Virus record (IMG/VR): IMGVR_UViG_3300047300_000501
Coordinates: 10,203-74,202 of that record
DNA: 64,000 nucleotides
Strand: one strand, 5' to 3'
Source: a virus
Of the stretch, positions 27,573 to 38,400 are shown in pieces (the first letter of the stretch is position 1; every line of letters starts with the position of its first letter). Made by a program: the position numbers and the translations under genes. Under the pieces are notes generated by a model. That model was not told where the DNA came from. It saw only the letters and a program-made list of their open reading frames with translations, and searched no databases.

Positions 27573-28013
27573 ATGGAAAATTTAGATAACGCAGTTGAAG
27601 AAACTAAAGTCGATGCTCCTGTTGAAATTGTTGAAACTCCAGTTGTTGAAGAAGTCATCCCAGAACCAGTTAAGGTTGAAGAGGCTCCAGAAGCAGTTGA
27701 AGAGCAAGCAGTTATAGGAACAGATGCCCTTGCTGCATCTACTGCAGAAGTACAGGCAGTAGGCTCAGTGGCAGGTGGAGCAATTGGAGTTGCTTCAGCA
27801 CCACGTGCTCCAAAGAAGGAAGCACCAGCAAAGAAGAAGACAGTTAAGGAAACTGTAGCACTTCACTCTACAAAGAATGTTACATGGCCAGGCGTAGGCA
27901 AGGTTTACAAAGGCTATAATATTGTAGATAAGGCTGCTGCTGATCAGTGGCTAACACGTTCACACATCCGTACCGCAACACCTGAAGAAGTCGCTAAGGA
28001 ATTCGGTAAGTAA
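27573..28013 (+). CDS. hypothetical head-associated protein
   Basis: SD aggagg, promoter TGATATAAT 27545..27553; acidic N-terminus. Confidence 0.6.
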   Translation: MENLDNAVEETKVDAPVEIVETPVVEEVIPEPVKVEEAPEAVEEQAVIGTDALAASTAEVQAVGSVAGGAIGVASAPRAPKKEAPAKKKTVKETVALHSTKNVTWPGVGKVYKGYNIVDKAAADQWLTRSHIRTATPEEVAKEFGK

Positions 28014-28015
28014 GA

Positions 28016-28927
28016 ATGGAAGTTCTGAGAGTTCCACCTTATCCTTTAACCACTACGTGGCAACTACCTATACCTAATTATGAGTATATTGTGTATGTTG
28101 AGGATTTGGTGGACCACTCAGTTGAAGAAACAAATATTTTTTCAGATGCTAATGGTAAATTAATTTATACACTACCACTAGCAAAAGTTCAGTATGATAG
28201 AAAACTGTTCATTAAGTTTTATGATACAGAACATGAGCATACCTTATATGAAGAAAACTTGGATATTGTAAGACCATATATTGATCCATCTAAACTTGGA
28301 ACTACTGCTTCGGAAATTGCAGAGTATAAAGAATTAGAGATGTTGGCTAGATCACTTATTGACACAGTAATCACTGATGGATTCTATAATACTAAGCACA
28401 TCGTACAAAAGGTAGGAGACGGCTCTGACTATTTTTCAATTTGGGAAGACATTAATAAAGTTTTAAAGGTTTATGAAAATAACGTACTTGTTTACGATGT
28501 AGATACGCCAGAAAGTAATTTATACGATTATATAGTAACACCAGACAATTCTGCAGTTCAAAGAGTAATTAGTGGTGTATACAATAGAATGGAACAGGGC
28601 GTTATTAATTTACCTACAGCATATGGAGATTTAGCGCACATTGGTTCATCACGCAGAACTGATTTTCCTAGAGGTGCAGACTATGTTTTTGTTTTAGATA
28701 TTGGATACCGTGCTCTTCCAGCAGATATAGAAAAAGCAGCAAAGATGCTTATTGAAGATTTAAAGTGCGGAAAGTTAGATTATTATACAAGGTCTGTAAC
28801 TTCTTATGGATCTGACCAGTATAAGATTCAGTTTGATAAGACAATGCTAGAAGGAACTGGCAATAAGATTGTTGATAGGATTCTAGAAAAATATGTAGTT
28901 ACAATCCCTAAGCCAGGAATAATCTAA
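28016..28927 (+). CDS. head-to-tail adaptor
   Basis: ELEMLARSLID, GY..LPADIEKAAKMLI, TGNKIVDRILEKY; position. Confidence 0.65.
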   Translation: MEVLRVPPYPLTTTWQLPIPNYEYIVYVEDLVDHSVEETNIFSDANGKLIYTLPLAKVQYDRKLFIKFYDTEHEHTLYEENLDIVRPYIDPSKLGTTASEIAEYKELEMLARSLIDTVITDGFYNTKHIVQKVGDGSDYFSIWEDINKVLKVYENNVLVYDVDTPESNLYDYIVTPDNSAVQRVISGVYNRMEQGVINLPTAYGDLAHIGSSRRTDFPRGADYVFVLDIGYRALPADIEKAAKMLIEDLKCGKLDYYTRSVTSYGSDQYKIQFDKTMLEGTGNKIVDRILEKYVVTIPKPGII

Positions 28928-29373
28928 TGGAGTGTCAGGGAAAAGACTTTATATTTCCCATGCAAGTGGATGTTTTTTATCCTATTGTAGAACAGGGAGC
29001 CTATGGAAATGTTAAGAAGCAGTGGATGCTCAATAAAACAATTGCATGCCATTTTACTACTGCTGGATTAAAGGCAAAGGAAGAGATTGTTCCAAATGTT
29101 AACATCACACAAGACACCATGCTTATTGGTAGAGTCAAGTCAGATATTAGAATTTCAAATTTGGATTCTGGCACATCGTTAACAAATGTAGTTCTTACCA
29201 ATATACAAGATAGAAACTGCAATCCTATTTATATGGAAACATCTGGAGTACGTGCAGGCAAGTCAACTATTTTTGAGGTTGCATCACAAGAACCTTTTGT
29301 TGGTCCATTTGGTAATGTTGAATATTATAAATTAGTTCTACGCAGATCTGAAAATCAGGCGGTAGACATATGA
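28927..29373 (+). CDS. head-to-tail stopper / head closure
   Basis: Size and synteny after the adaptor. Confidence 0.5.
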   Translation: MECQGKDFIFPMQVDVFYPIVEQGAYGNVKKQWMLNKTIACHFTTAGLKAKEEIVPNVNITQDTMLIGRVKSDIRISNLDSGTSLTNVVLTNIQDRNCNPIYMETSGVRAGKSTIFEVASQEPFVGPFGNVEYYKLVLRRSENQAVDI

Positions 29374-30041
29374 TATCAGTTAAGATTAATGACAAGCACC
29401 TTATGAGAGATCTAAATAATATTATTAATTACTCATTTGGATTTTTAGAAGGCATCAATAAGGGCAAGAAAGTATTTCTAGATAACCTAGGTAAAGATAT
29501 CACAGAGATGGTCAAAGAGTTTGTAGACTCTAGCGCAAGAGTAAATCCATCTAGGCTACATCATATTTATGAGTGGTATCAAACAGGTAGCCCAGAAGCA
29601 AGACTGTTTGATATTAATTATACTGTTAGTAATCTTGGCCTTTCTTTTAAGTCTACTCTTTCTCAGTCACGTACAATTAAGAATGGATCAACTACCCCAT
29701 TCTATGACAAAGCAAGAATCATGGAAGAGGGCATGCCAGTTACCATTGCTCCAGTAAAAGCAAAAGTCTTAAACTTTGAGATTGATGGAGAAGAAGTATT
29801 CACTAAAGGTCCAGTAGTTGTGGACAATCCTGGAGGAGATACACAGGGTGGCTTTGAGTCTGTAGTTGATCAGTTCTTTAATCAATACTTCTCACAAGCA
29901 TTTTTACGTAAATCTGGTGCACTATCAGAATTAGAAAATGTACAAATTTACAAGAATAACTTTGCTGCTGGTTCAAGGCAGGGAAGAGGAAAGGGCATTG
30001 AAACTGGCTATCGCTGGATAGTAAATGCAAAGGTATCATAA
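29370..30041 (+). CDS. neck / tail completion protein
   Basis: Synteny; KARIMEEG motif. Confidence 0.45.
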   Translation: MISVKINDKHLMRDLNNIINYSFGFLEGINKGKKVFLDNLGKDITEMVKEFVDSSARVNPSRLHHIYEWYQTGSPEARLFDINYTVSNLGLSFKSTLSQSRTIKNGSTTPFYDKARIMEEGMPVTIAPVKAKVLNFEIDGEEVFTKGPVVVDNPGGDTQGGFESVVDQFFNQYFSQAFLRKSGALSELENVQIYKNNFAAGSRQGRGKGIETGYRWIVNAKVS

Positions 30042-30556
30042 TGGCAATCTATCATCCACCTACATTTATTAATGCATATTTATCTGCCAAAGTTCCATCA
30101 TATTTACCAGATAGATTTTCTGGATCTATGAAATTTTTTCCAACTTCTCCAACAGACATAACTGCATTAACTGAGACATTTCCTGCTGGACAGGACGAAG
30201 TTTTTTGTGTTTATGACAGAATGCTTAAAATGAGAAGAACTCCATTTCCACATATTAAATCTGAACAACTAATGTACTATTTTTATAAGATGGCAGGAGA
30301 CCCAGAGGCCCTCATTGAGACAACTCAGATTGTTCAAGATCTGTTGGATAGTGAAGATGAGTCAGCCCAAGATCTAAATGAATGGATAAAAAATAATCCA
30401 ATTATTGGTCCAGATGGGAAACCAATGCCTCTGCCATTTTTTCATAGACTCAAGATCTATCAACTGCAAGAAACCCGTGATATTGTTGACTTTGGCACAG
30501 CCCGTACCTTTGCTGGTAATAAGATAATTATTGATTACGACTGGCATAAGTCATAA
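30041..30556 (+). CDS. putative tail terminator
   Basis: Synteny immediately before the major tail protein. Confidence 0.45.
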   Translation: MAIYHPPTFINAYLSAKVPSYLPDRFSGSMKFFPTSPTDITALTETFPAGQDEVFCVYDRMLKMRRTPFPHIKSEQLMYYFYKMAGDPEALIETTQIVQDLLDSEDESAQDLNEWIKNNPIIGPDGKPMPLPFFHRLKIYQLQETRDIVDFGTARTFAGNKIIIDYDWHKS

Positions 30557-30626
30557 TAAACGCTGTTATAATTGGTAGTGAGGAAACAAACGCCTTTATT
30601 TCAAACAGAAAAAAGAGGTGAAAAAT

Positions 30627-31262
30627 ATGGCATATTCAAGAGGTAATAGTTCTCAGATTATCGTGGGAGCAGCAGCGCTGTTCACATACGAACTCGGTGA
30701 ACTAGACAGTGCAAGTCTACCAGCATACGTAGATGGTACTTCTTATAAGGATACTCTGACAGGAACTCAATTGGCTCCTACAGATTTCCGCAATGTTGGA
30801 TATACATCTAACGGTCTAGAAATCACGTTCCAGCCAGACTTCGCAGAAGTCGCAGTGGATCAGGTTCTCGATGCTGCAAAACTCTTCAAGCAGGGCATGC
30901 AGGTTAACCTTAAGACTTCTTTCGCAGAAGCAACTTTGGAAAACCTTCTTTTTGCACTTGCAGGAAAAGATGCAGATCTAGCAACAGTTAGTGGCAACCC
31001 AACACTCAACATGTCAGCAGGCGATATTGGTGAATGTCCAGTAGAGCGTGGACTTGTTGCAGTCGGACCAGGTACAGGTGACTGTGCTGAAGGTTCAAAC
31101 TTGGAAAGAATTTATGCAGCATACCGTGCACTTTCAATTGAGAGCGTTACAGTATCTGCCAAGAGAGATGCAGCGACAATGTTCGATGTAACTTTCCGCC
31201 TTCTTCCAAACAATGATGGTTCATACGGTAAGATCGTTGATCGCACTGTTACACCAGCATAA
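30627..31262 (+). CDS. major tail tube protein
   Basis: NVGYTSNGLEITFQPD..EV.VDQ, TSFAEATLENL, FDVTFRLLP; SD gaggtg; promoter TGTTATAAT 30564..30572. Confidence 0.85.
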   Translation: MAYSRGNSSQIIVGAAALFTYELGELDSASLPAYVDGTSYKDTLTGTQLAPTDFRNVGYTSNGLEITFQPDFAEVAVDQVLDAAKLFKQGMQVNLKTSFAEATLENLLFALAGKDADLATVSGNPTLNMSAGDIGECPVERGLVAVGPGTGDCAEGSNLERIYAAYRALSIESVTVSAKRDAATMFDVTFRLLPNNDGSYGKIVDRTVTPA

Positions 31263-31281
31263 TACAATTTAATATAAGATT

Positions 31282-31320
31282 AGCCCAGACCCTTGAAAGT
31301 CTGGGCTTTTCTGTTTTCTT
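31282..31320 (+). terminator. intrinsic terminator after major tail gene
   Basis: agcccagac-ccttgaaa-gtctgggct followed by tttctgttttc. Confidence 0.85.
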
Positions 31321-31337
31321 TTTGGTATACTGTTTAG

Positions 31338-32015
31338 ATGGCAAAACGAGTATACAAAACTGGTTATATAGAAGATATTCATGGAAATCTTATATCAGTT
31401 TCCCCACTTAAAATTAAATATATGAGAGACTTTATGGATAAATTTGTTCTTGTTTCCCAAGCCCAAGATCAAGAAGATGCCTTAGACCTGGTCATAGAAT
31501 GTGTATTTATTTCAATGAAACAATTTGCCCCAGGAGTTTATCCAGATAAAGAAGCAGTTGCTAACAGTTTTGATCTAAAAACACTTTATAAAATATTAGA
31601 ATTTGCTGCAGAGATTAAAACCTCTGGATCAGAGAGTAATGAGAAAGAATCAAAAGATGGCACCACTTGGGAAGATATAGATTTGCCAACATTAGAAGCA
31701 GAGGCATTTTTGACAGGCATATGGAAAAATTTTGAGGAACTTGAAGAGTCAATATCAATGCCAGAACTAACACTCTTATTATCTACTAAAAGAGATCTTG
31801 AATATCAGCAAAAGAAGTTTGATGCTGCTATGCAAGGTGTAAATCTTGATGAGGAAACTGATAAGTCAGATCCTTGGGAAGATATGAAAGCAAGAGTGTT
31901 TAGTGGTGGTAAAGCAAAAGATTCAAATGACATTATGTCGTTTCAAGGTCCTAAAGCACAAAAAGCAGGGTTTGGTATTGGCATGGGATTAGACTACGAA
32001 GATTTAACAAAATAA
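31338..32015 (+). CDS. tail assembly chaperone, long (G-T-like) form
   Basis: Between tail tube and tape measure; N-half paralogous to 32063; C-half WKNFEELEESISMPEL; leaderless promoter TGGTATACT 31323..31331. Confidence 0.7.
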   Translation: MAKRVYKTGYIEDIHGNLISVSPLKIKYMRDFMDKFVLVSQAQDQEDALDLVIECVFISMKQFAPGVYPDKEAVANSFDLKTLYKILEFAAEIKTSGSESNEKESKDGTTWEDIDLPTLEAEAFLTGIWKNFEELEESISMPELTLLLSTKRDLEYQQKKFDAAMQGVNLDEETDKSDPWEDMKARVFSGGKAKDSNDIMSFQGPKAQKAGFGIGMGLDYEDLTK

Positions 32016-32062
32016 GCGTAGGTTTCATGCTATAATTGGTAATGTCTACAAATGGAGGAAAA

Positions 32063-32401
32063 ATGACTACAACAGTATATGAAGCAAATAAAGTAGCACT
32101 TATGGACGGTACAGAGATTGAACTTAAGCCACTAAGCGTTTCACTGCTTCGTAAATTTATGAAGACCTTTGATAAGATTGCAAAGGTAGCAGACGATAAT
32201 GATAAATCAATGACAGTTCTAATGGAATGTGTAACAATTGCACTAGAGCAGTATAAGCCAGAGTTGGCAAAGGATGCAGCAGCGTTGGAAGCAAATATTG
32301 ACCTTCCTACGGTTTACAAGATTGTGGATGTTGCGTCAGGTATTAAGTTGGGTGAAGATTCATTTTTGAATAGCGCCCTTGCAGCAGCAAACGCTGAATA
32401 A
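32063..32401 (+). CDS. tail assembly chaperone, short (G-like) form
   Basis: ELKPLSVSLLRKFM...DLPTVYKIVDVASGIK; SD ggagg; promoter TGCTATAAT 32028..32036. Confidence 0.7.
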   Translation: MTTTVYEANKVALMDGTEIELKPLSVSLLRKFMKTFDKIAKVADDNDKSMTVLMECVTIALEQYKPELAKDAAALEANIDLPTVYKIVDVASGIKLGEDSFLNSALAAANAE

Positions 32402-32420
32402 GATAAAGAGGTGAGAATGA

Positions 32421-35400
32421 ATGTCAGATGTTAATGCTAATATCAGCGTTAATATTGACACGTCTGCAGCCCTAGGTGAATTAAAAAATCTACAGCGACA
32501 GATCTCACTATTTCATAATCAAATAGCAAAATCGTCTGCATCAGCAGCGATAGCACAAAGAAACCTGCAGCAGGAATTTGTTAACTCAATTAATGCTACA
32601 GGTCAATTTGCTGCTCGTATGCAGACAATTAAAACATCTGCCGAATCATTTACCACATCGCTTGAGAAAAATAAGTTCTCAATGCGAGAGTACTTTAGAT
32701 ACGGGGTAGCCTCCTCTAAAAGTTTTGGTAAGGTATTTAAGACTGAGTTCGAAACAATCAATAAGGTTGCTGAAGAACGTGTAAGAAAACTACAGACACA
32801 ATATATCAAGATGGGCAGAGATGCCTCTGGAGCAATGAAGGCAATTGCCGTTACACCACTTGCTCTTGATATGGAAAATCTAGGAACAAAGACAATGATG
32901 GCTGCTCAAAAGCAGCAATTGTTTAATCAACTTCTTGCACAAGGAACAACAAACCTAGTTAACTTTGGTAAGAATACACAGTGGGCTGGTCGTCAGTTGA
33001 TGGTTGGTTTTACTATTCCATTAAGCATTTTTGGTTCTACTGCATCTAAGGTTTTCATGGATCTTGAAAAGCAGGTAATTAGATTTAAAAGAGTTTATGG
33101 AGACTTGTTCACATTACCATCTGAAACAGAAGCAAACCTAACAGTAATTAGAGGTCTTGCCTCAGAGTTTACTAAGTATGGTGTTGCGATTGCTGACACA
33201 ATGTCGATTGCTGCAGATGCAGCAGCAGCAGGTTTTTCTGGTAGAAAACTTGAAGAGCAAGTAAAGGCTGCAACTAAACTATCTATTCTTGGTGAAGTAG
33301 ATAAACAACAAGCATTATCAGCAACTATTGCAATGCAAACAGCATTCAAGATGAACAGCGACCAACTTGCAGAGTCTATTAACTTCCTTAACGCAGTTGA
33401 AAACCAATCTGTAGTAAGCCTTCAAAATTTAACAGATGCAATTCCTAGAGTAGCGCCAGTTATCCAAGGTCTTGGTGGAGATATCAAGGACATGTCCGTG
33501 TTCCTTGCAGCGATGCAAGAAGGTGGTGTTAATGCAGCAGAAGCAGCCAACGGTTTGAAGTCTGCTTTAGCATCTATCATTAATCCAAGCAAGGCAGCAA
33601 AAGAAATGCTTGCCAGTGTAAACATTGACCTCAACGCAATTACCACTCGAAACGAGGGTAACGTAATGAGAACAGTTCTAGATCTAGCAGATGCCATGAA
33701 GGAACTAACACCACTTGCAAGACAAAGAATTCTGGAACAACTATTTGGTAAGTTCCAGTTTGCAAGAGTATCAGCACTTTTTGATAACATTGCAAAGTCA
33801 GGATCTCAAGCAGCCAATGCCCTTGAACTTGCAAAAATGTCTTCACAAGATCTTGCAGCAATTGCAAACAAGGAATTAGGTGCAATTGAAGAAAATACAG
33901 TCACAAAGTTTAAGGCATCTATTGAAGCACTAAGAGAATCAATTGCTCCAGTTGGAGAATCATTCCTTAAGGTTGTAACCCCAATTATTGAACTTTTTAC
34001 AAAGGTTGCAGACAAATTTAATAATCTTTCTGATGGTACCAAGAAGGTTGTCACAACACTTGTTACCCTATTTGCTGGAGTTGGCCCTGTTGTCTTGATG
34101 TTAGTTGGTCTTATTGCTAACTTTGGTGGACAGATGCTCAAACTATTTGGTCTTATCCGTAATGGTTATTTAAGACTAAGTGGCCAATCAAAGTTTTTGG
34201 GAGAGCAAACCCAATATCTTACAAGTGAGCAGATGCAGGCAGAAGCAGTCGCACACTCGCTTGACCAGGTTCATGCTAGACTAACACAACGATTTACAGT
34301 TGAGGCAGATGCAGTTAATAATCTTCGCAATGCCTACTTGAGCGCTGCTGCAGCAAGCGAAAGATTTGCTTTTAATAACCCAGGAATGATGATTCCACAA
34401 TCTCGTCAACCAAAGAGATATGCAGAAGGTGGGGTTATTAGCGGTCCTGGAACAGGCACATCAGATTCTATAATTGCAAGGGTATCTAATGGAGAAGCAA
34501 TTATTCCAGCAGCATCTGTTGCAAGAAACCCAGACCTAGTCAATGCACTTGTATCAAATAATATTCCTGGTTTTGCTTCAGGTAAAAATCCAACAACTGG
34601 AACTGTACTTGGTGGCACATTTAGATCAAGACAATATTCTCCAGTTGCAATGATGGCTCCAGGAAATACTCCTGGTGGATTTGGAATGGACAGAGAATGG
34701 CTTCTAATGAACGAAGAGGCCAAGGCATCTTTTGCTGCATCTGTAAAGACAGCAATGATGATGGAACAAGGCATTCGTGCAACACAAGCAAATTATAGAA
34801 AGTTTGGCGAAAATCTTGCACCAACCCTCGATACCATTTTTGATATCTTTAAGCAAGGTGTCACAGATGATGTAACTAATATTTCACAAGTAGGACAAAC
34901 ACAGTATCCACTTATTATTCAAAGCCTGGAACAAATGGCTGCAAATGGACAACTTGCTGCATCAGATTTGAAGTCAATGTCTGTTGCTGTTAGAAAACTT
35001 TTAGCACCACTAGAAAGTGACTTGACACAGCAGAATATACAAAGAGTTGAACTTGCAGTAAATGATGCTGGAGAAAATTTTGTTAAGAGAGCGTCTACAG
35101 AAAGATTTGGATTAAGTTATAAGGATCAAATCAAGAAATCGTTTTCTTCAGAACTTGCAATGCGTGGAATAGCACAGCCAGCAGATTATCCTGGTTCTTA
35201 TCAGTTTGCTCATATTCCATATTCTGCACCAACAGAAAAATATGTAGAGCCATTCTTACGCAAGAAGGCAGGTGCTGGATCTGCAATTGAACAACAAGTT
35301 CTACAACAACTAAAGAATGGTGCAATATTTAAAGAAGGTCAAATCTTAATTGAGCAGCAGGCAATGCAGGTTGGACGTGTTGCAGTCGGAGCAGTTGCTA

Positions 35401-38400
35401 AGGGAGCAGGAACAGCATCGCCATCACACTTCACTGATCAAACTGGTCAAGATATTGACAATGGACTTATTATTGGAATGGAGAAGCGTTCAGGTGCAGT
35501 TGCTGCAGCAGCAGCAAAGGTTGCAAATGGAGCAGTGACACAGTTTGAGCAGACTGCTTCTGGACTTCTTATTCCAGCAGGTTCTGGAAACAATAGTGGT
35601 ATGTCTGGACTTCCAGAAGGGTTTACTCCAACATCTGGAATATCAGATACAATGATTGGTCCAATGCCAAAGCAATCATTGCGTGGTAAGTTAGGAAAGG
35701 CTTATAAGAACTTTAAGCAACAGCCAATAAAACAAAAGGCATCAACGATCTCTGGTGGTGCAATGCGTGGTGGAATGGTTGCATCTGGAGCAATGATGGC
35801 TGCATCAATGTTGCCTGGTCCTATGGGACAAATTGCACAACAAGCAGCACCAGTTGTTATGGGGCTACAATCTCTTGCCATGGCTTTGCCACTATTGACT
35901 AATCCAGTTGGACTTGCAGTTGCTGGAGTTGCAGCGGTAGCAGCAGGATTCTTCTTCTTAAAGAAAAAGCAAGATGAGTATGTAAAGAGTTTACAAGATG
36001 CAGGAAAGAAAGAGGCTGAGGCACGTCTAGGAAATATTGAATCTATTCAGGCTTACTCTCGATATGTTGGAGATAAAGCACTTCCATCAGAAAGACAGTT
36101 TAACCGAGTTGGCGATAAGAGATTTATTGATGCTGATCTCGCAAAGGCAGCAAACTTTAGAAAATTCTATTCTGAGGAAGGCAAGACTATTGGTAACCAA
36201 TTATCTGGTCGTATGGGTAAAGCAAATGCGTTAGATGTATCTGCTAGAGATGTTGCACAAAGAGCAGCATCATTTGGTTTGGGGCCAGCAGATATTGCAG
36301 CCAATATTAAGGCAGCAGCAGAACTTAGTGGTGTAAGTGAGATTAAGTTAAAGGGTAAGGTTCAAGAACTTCTTAATAAAGACGGCAAAGATATCACTAA
36401 GGAACCACTAACACTTGATGCAAGAATTAACTATCTAAGCAAAGCATCTGAATCAAGCCTATCAGTTATTCAAAGAAAAATTGATCAGATCAAGCCACCA
36501 CAACTACAAACAGATGCAAACGGTAATGTTGATTATTATGGCTATAATGCAGAGGTACAAAAGAGCAAAGAGACTCAAATCAAAAATACTAAGTTTGCAA
36601 CAGTTGGACTAACCCTTGCACTTGAAGACCAAAAGAACTCACTTGCAATCCTTAATGGAATGTACGTGGATGGAAAGATTACAGTTGATCAATATAATGC
36701 TGCATATGAAGCACAGATGGTTAACTTTAGAAATATCAAAAAAGCAACAGATGACTTAGTAAAATCTTTAGATAAGGTTGACCCAAGTGGTAAGGCATCT
36801 CAGGCAGCAATTGAAGATATGGCTGATCAAACATTTAAGGGTCTAGAAAAAACAAATAAGAAGGTTGCAAAACTACTTAAGACAACCGTAACAAAGAGCC
36901 TGCCAAAAAACATGAGAACAGAAGTTCTTATTGCGTATGCAAATGGAAGTTTATCAGCAACAGATATTTTACAACTAGATTCAATTCTTAGTGAAATGAA
37001 GGGTAAGACCTACGAGCAAAAGGTTAAGTTTGTTGGAGACCTAACTGGCCTTTCTGATGCACTGCAAGCCCAACTTGATTATTCACTGGCAACAGAAAAT
37101 CTTAGAATTGCACAAGAAAAGTATCGTAAGGCAAAAGAACGTGGAAGCACAGCACTTGAAAAGTATAAGAAGAATCTTGACAATGCCAAGGGATCTGTAG
37201 AAAAACTTAAGAAGGCAATTGAGTCAGGTGGAAAAGTAACGAAGGACTCTCCAGAAGTTCCAGGAGGCAAGAGTGTAAGTGAAGGTGGCGGAGCAGCAGA
37301 CAAGCCATACGCATTTGTTGATGATCTATTAAAGAAGTTAAAGTTAGTACGCAATAACTCTATTGATGCTACCAAGGGTGTAAAGGGCTTTATAGCAGCA
37401 CTCAAGGGCGATATGAAGGGCTTCAAGGGTACAGATGAACTTCTACGTGCAGGAGGCGCTACTCAGGGCTTCATTGACATTGTAGGCGGTCTTGATGCAG
37501 TCACCTTTAAGAAGATTGAGAAGAGATTATTTACATTTACTAAGGATGGAAAGTTAAAGTTTGGTGATCTTGGGTCAGCAATTCAAAAGTTTACTAAGGA
37601 AGTTGAACTTGGAAGTTTTGTAGATCAACAGCAACAAGTTGTTAAGAATGCAGATCAGCAAATGACAGCCTATACTAAACTTAAAAATGCTGGAGTTTCT
37701 GCAACCAAGATTACTGAAATCTTGGGTAATGAGGCTTTGACAACTGCTGTAGCAGCAGAAAAGGTTGGCAGCACAGACTGGAAGAACTTTATTGCAGGTG
37801 CAAAGAGCGCAACAAAGGGTGTAACTGAACTTGGTAAAGTTTTAAAGATTAATGCATTCTTGGCAGACCAAGAGCAAGAGACATCTACAGATAAGATGAA
37901 TGAATACTTTGCTGCACAAGAAGCAATCATCAGACAACAAGCACGAACAGACTTCAAGAATTTAAGAGGGTATACACCAGAACAGTATGAAGAGGTTATT
38001 GCTAAGCAACAGGAGTCTGTAGACCTAGCGCAAAAGGCTGTAGAAGAAGAGCAAGCCAAGATAGATAAGATCCAAGAAGAGGTTGCTCTTTATAATAGAG
38101 GCCTAGAACTTATTGGTCGAGAAGAAGAGGTAATCAATAAATCTTACGAAACAAGAACTAAGGCAATTGATGATCAAATTTCTGCACTTGAAGATGTCAA
38201 GAAGGTTAACCAACAACTCATCGATCAGCAAAAACAGCAGACTGATTTAGCAGGAGCCCTTTCATCTGGAGACATTGGAGCAGCAGCAAGAATTGCACAG
38301 GAGATGAGAGCGGGAGCAGCACAAAATTCTCAACAAGCACTCATTGATAATCTTGGTAAAAACAAGACTGCGCTTGAATTACAAAAGCAAAAAGACATTG

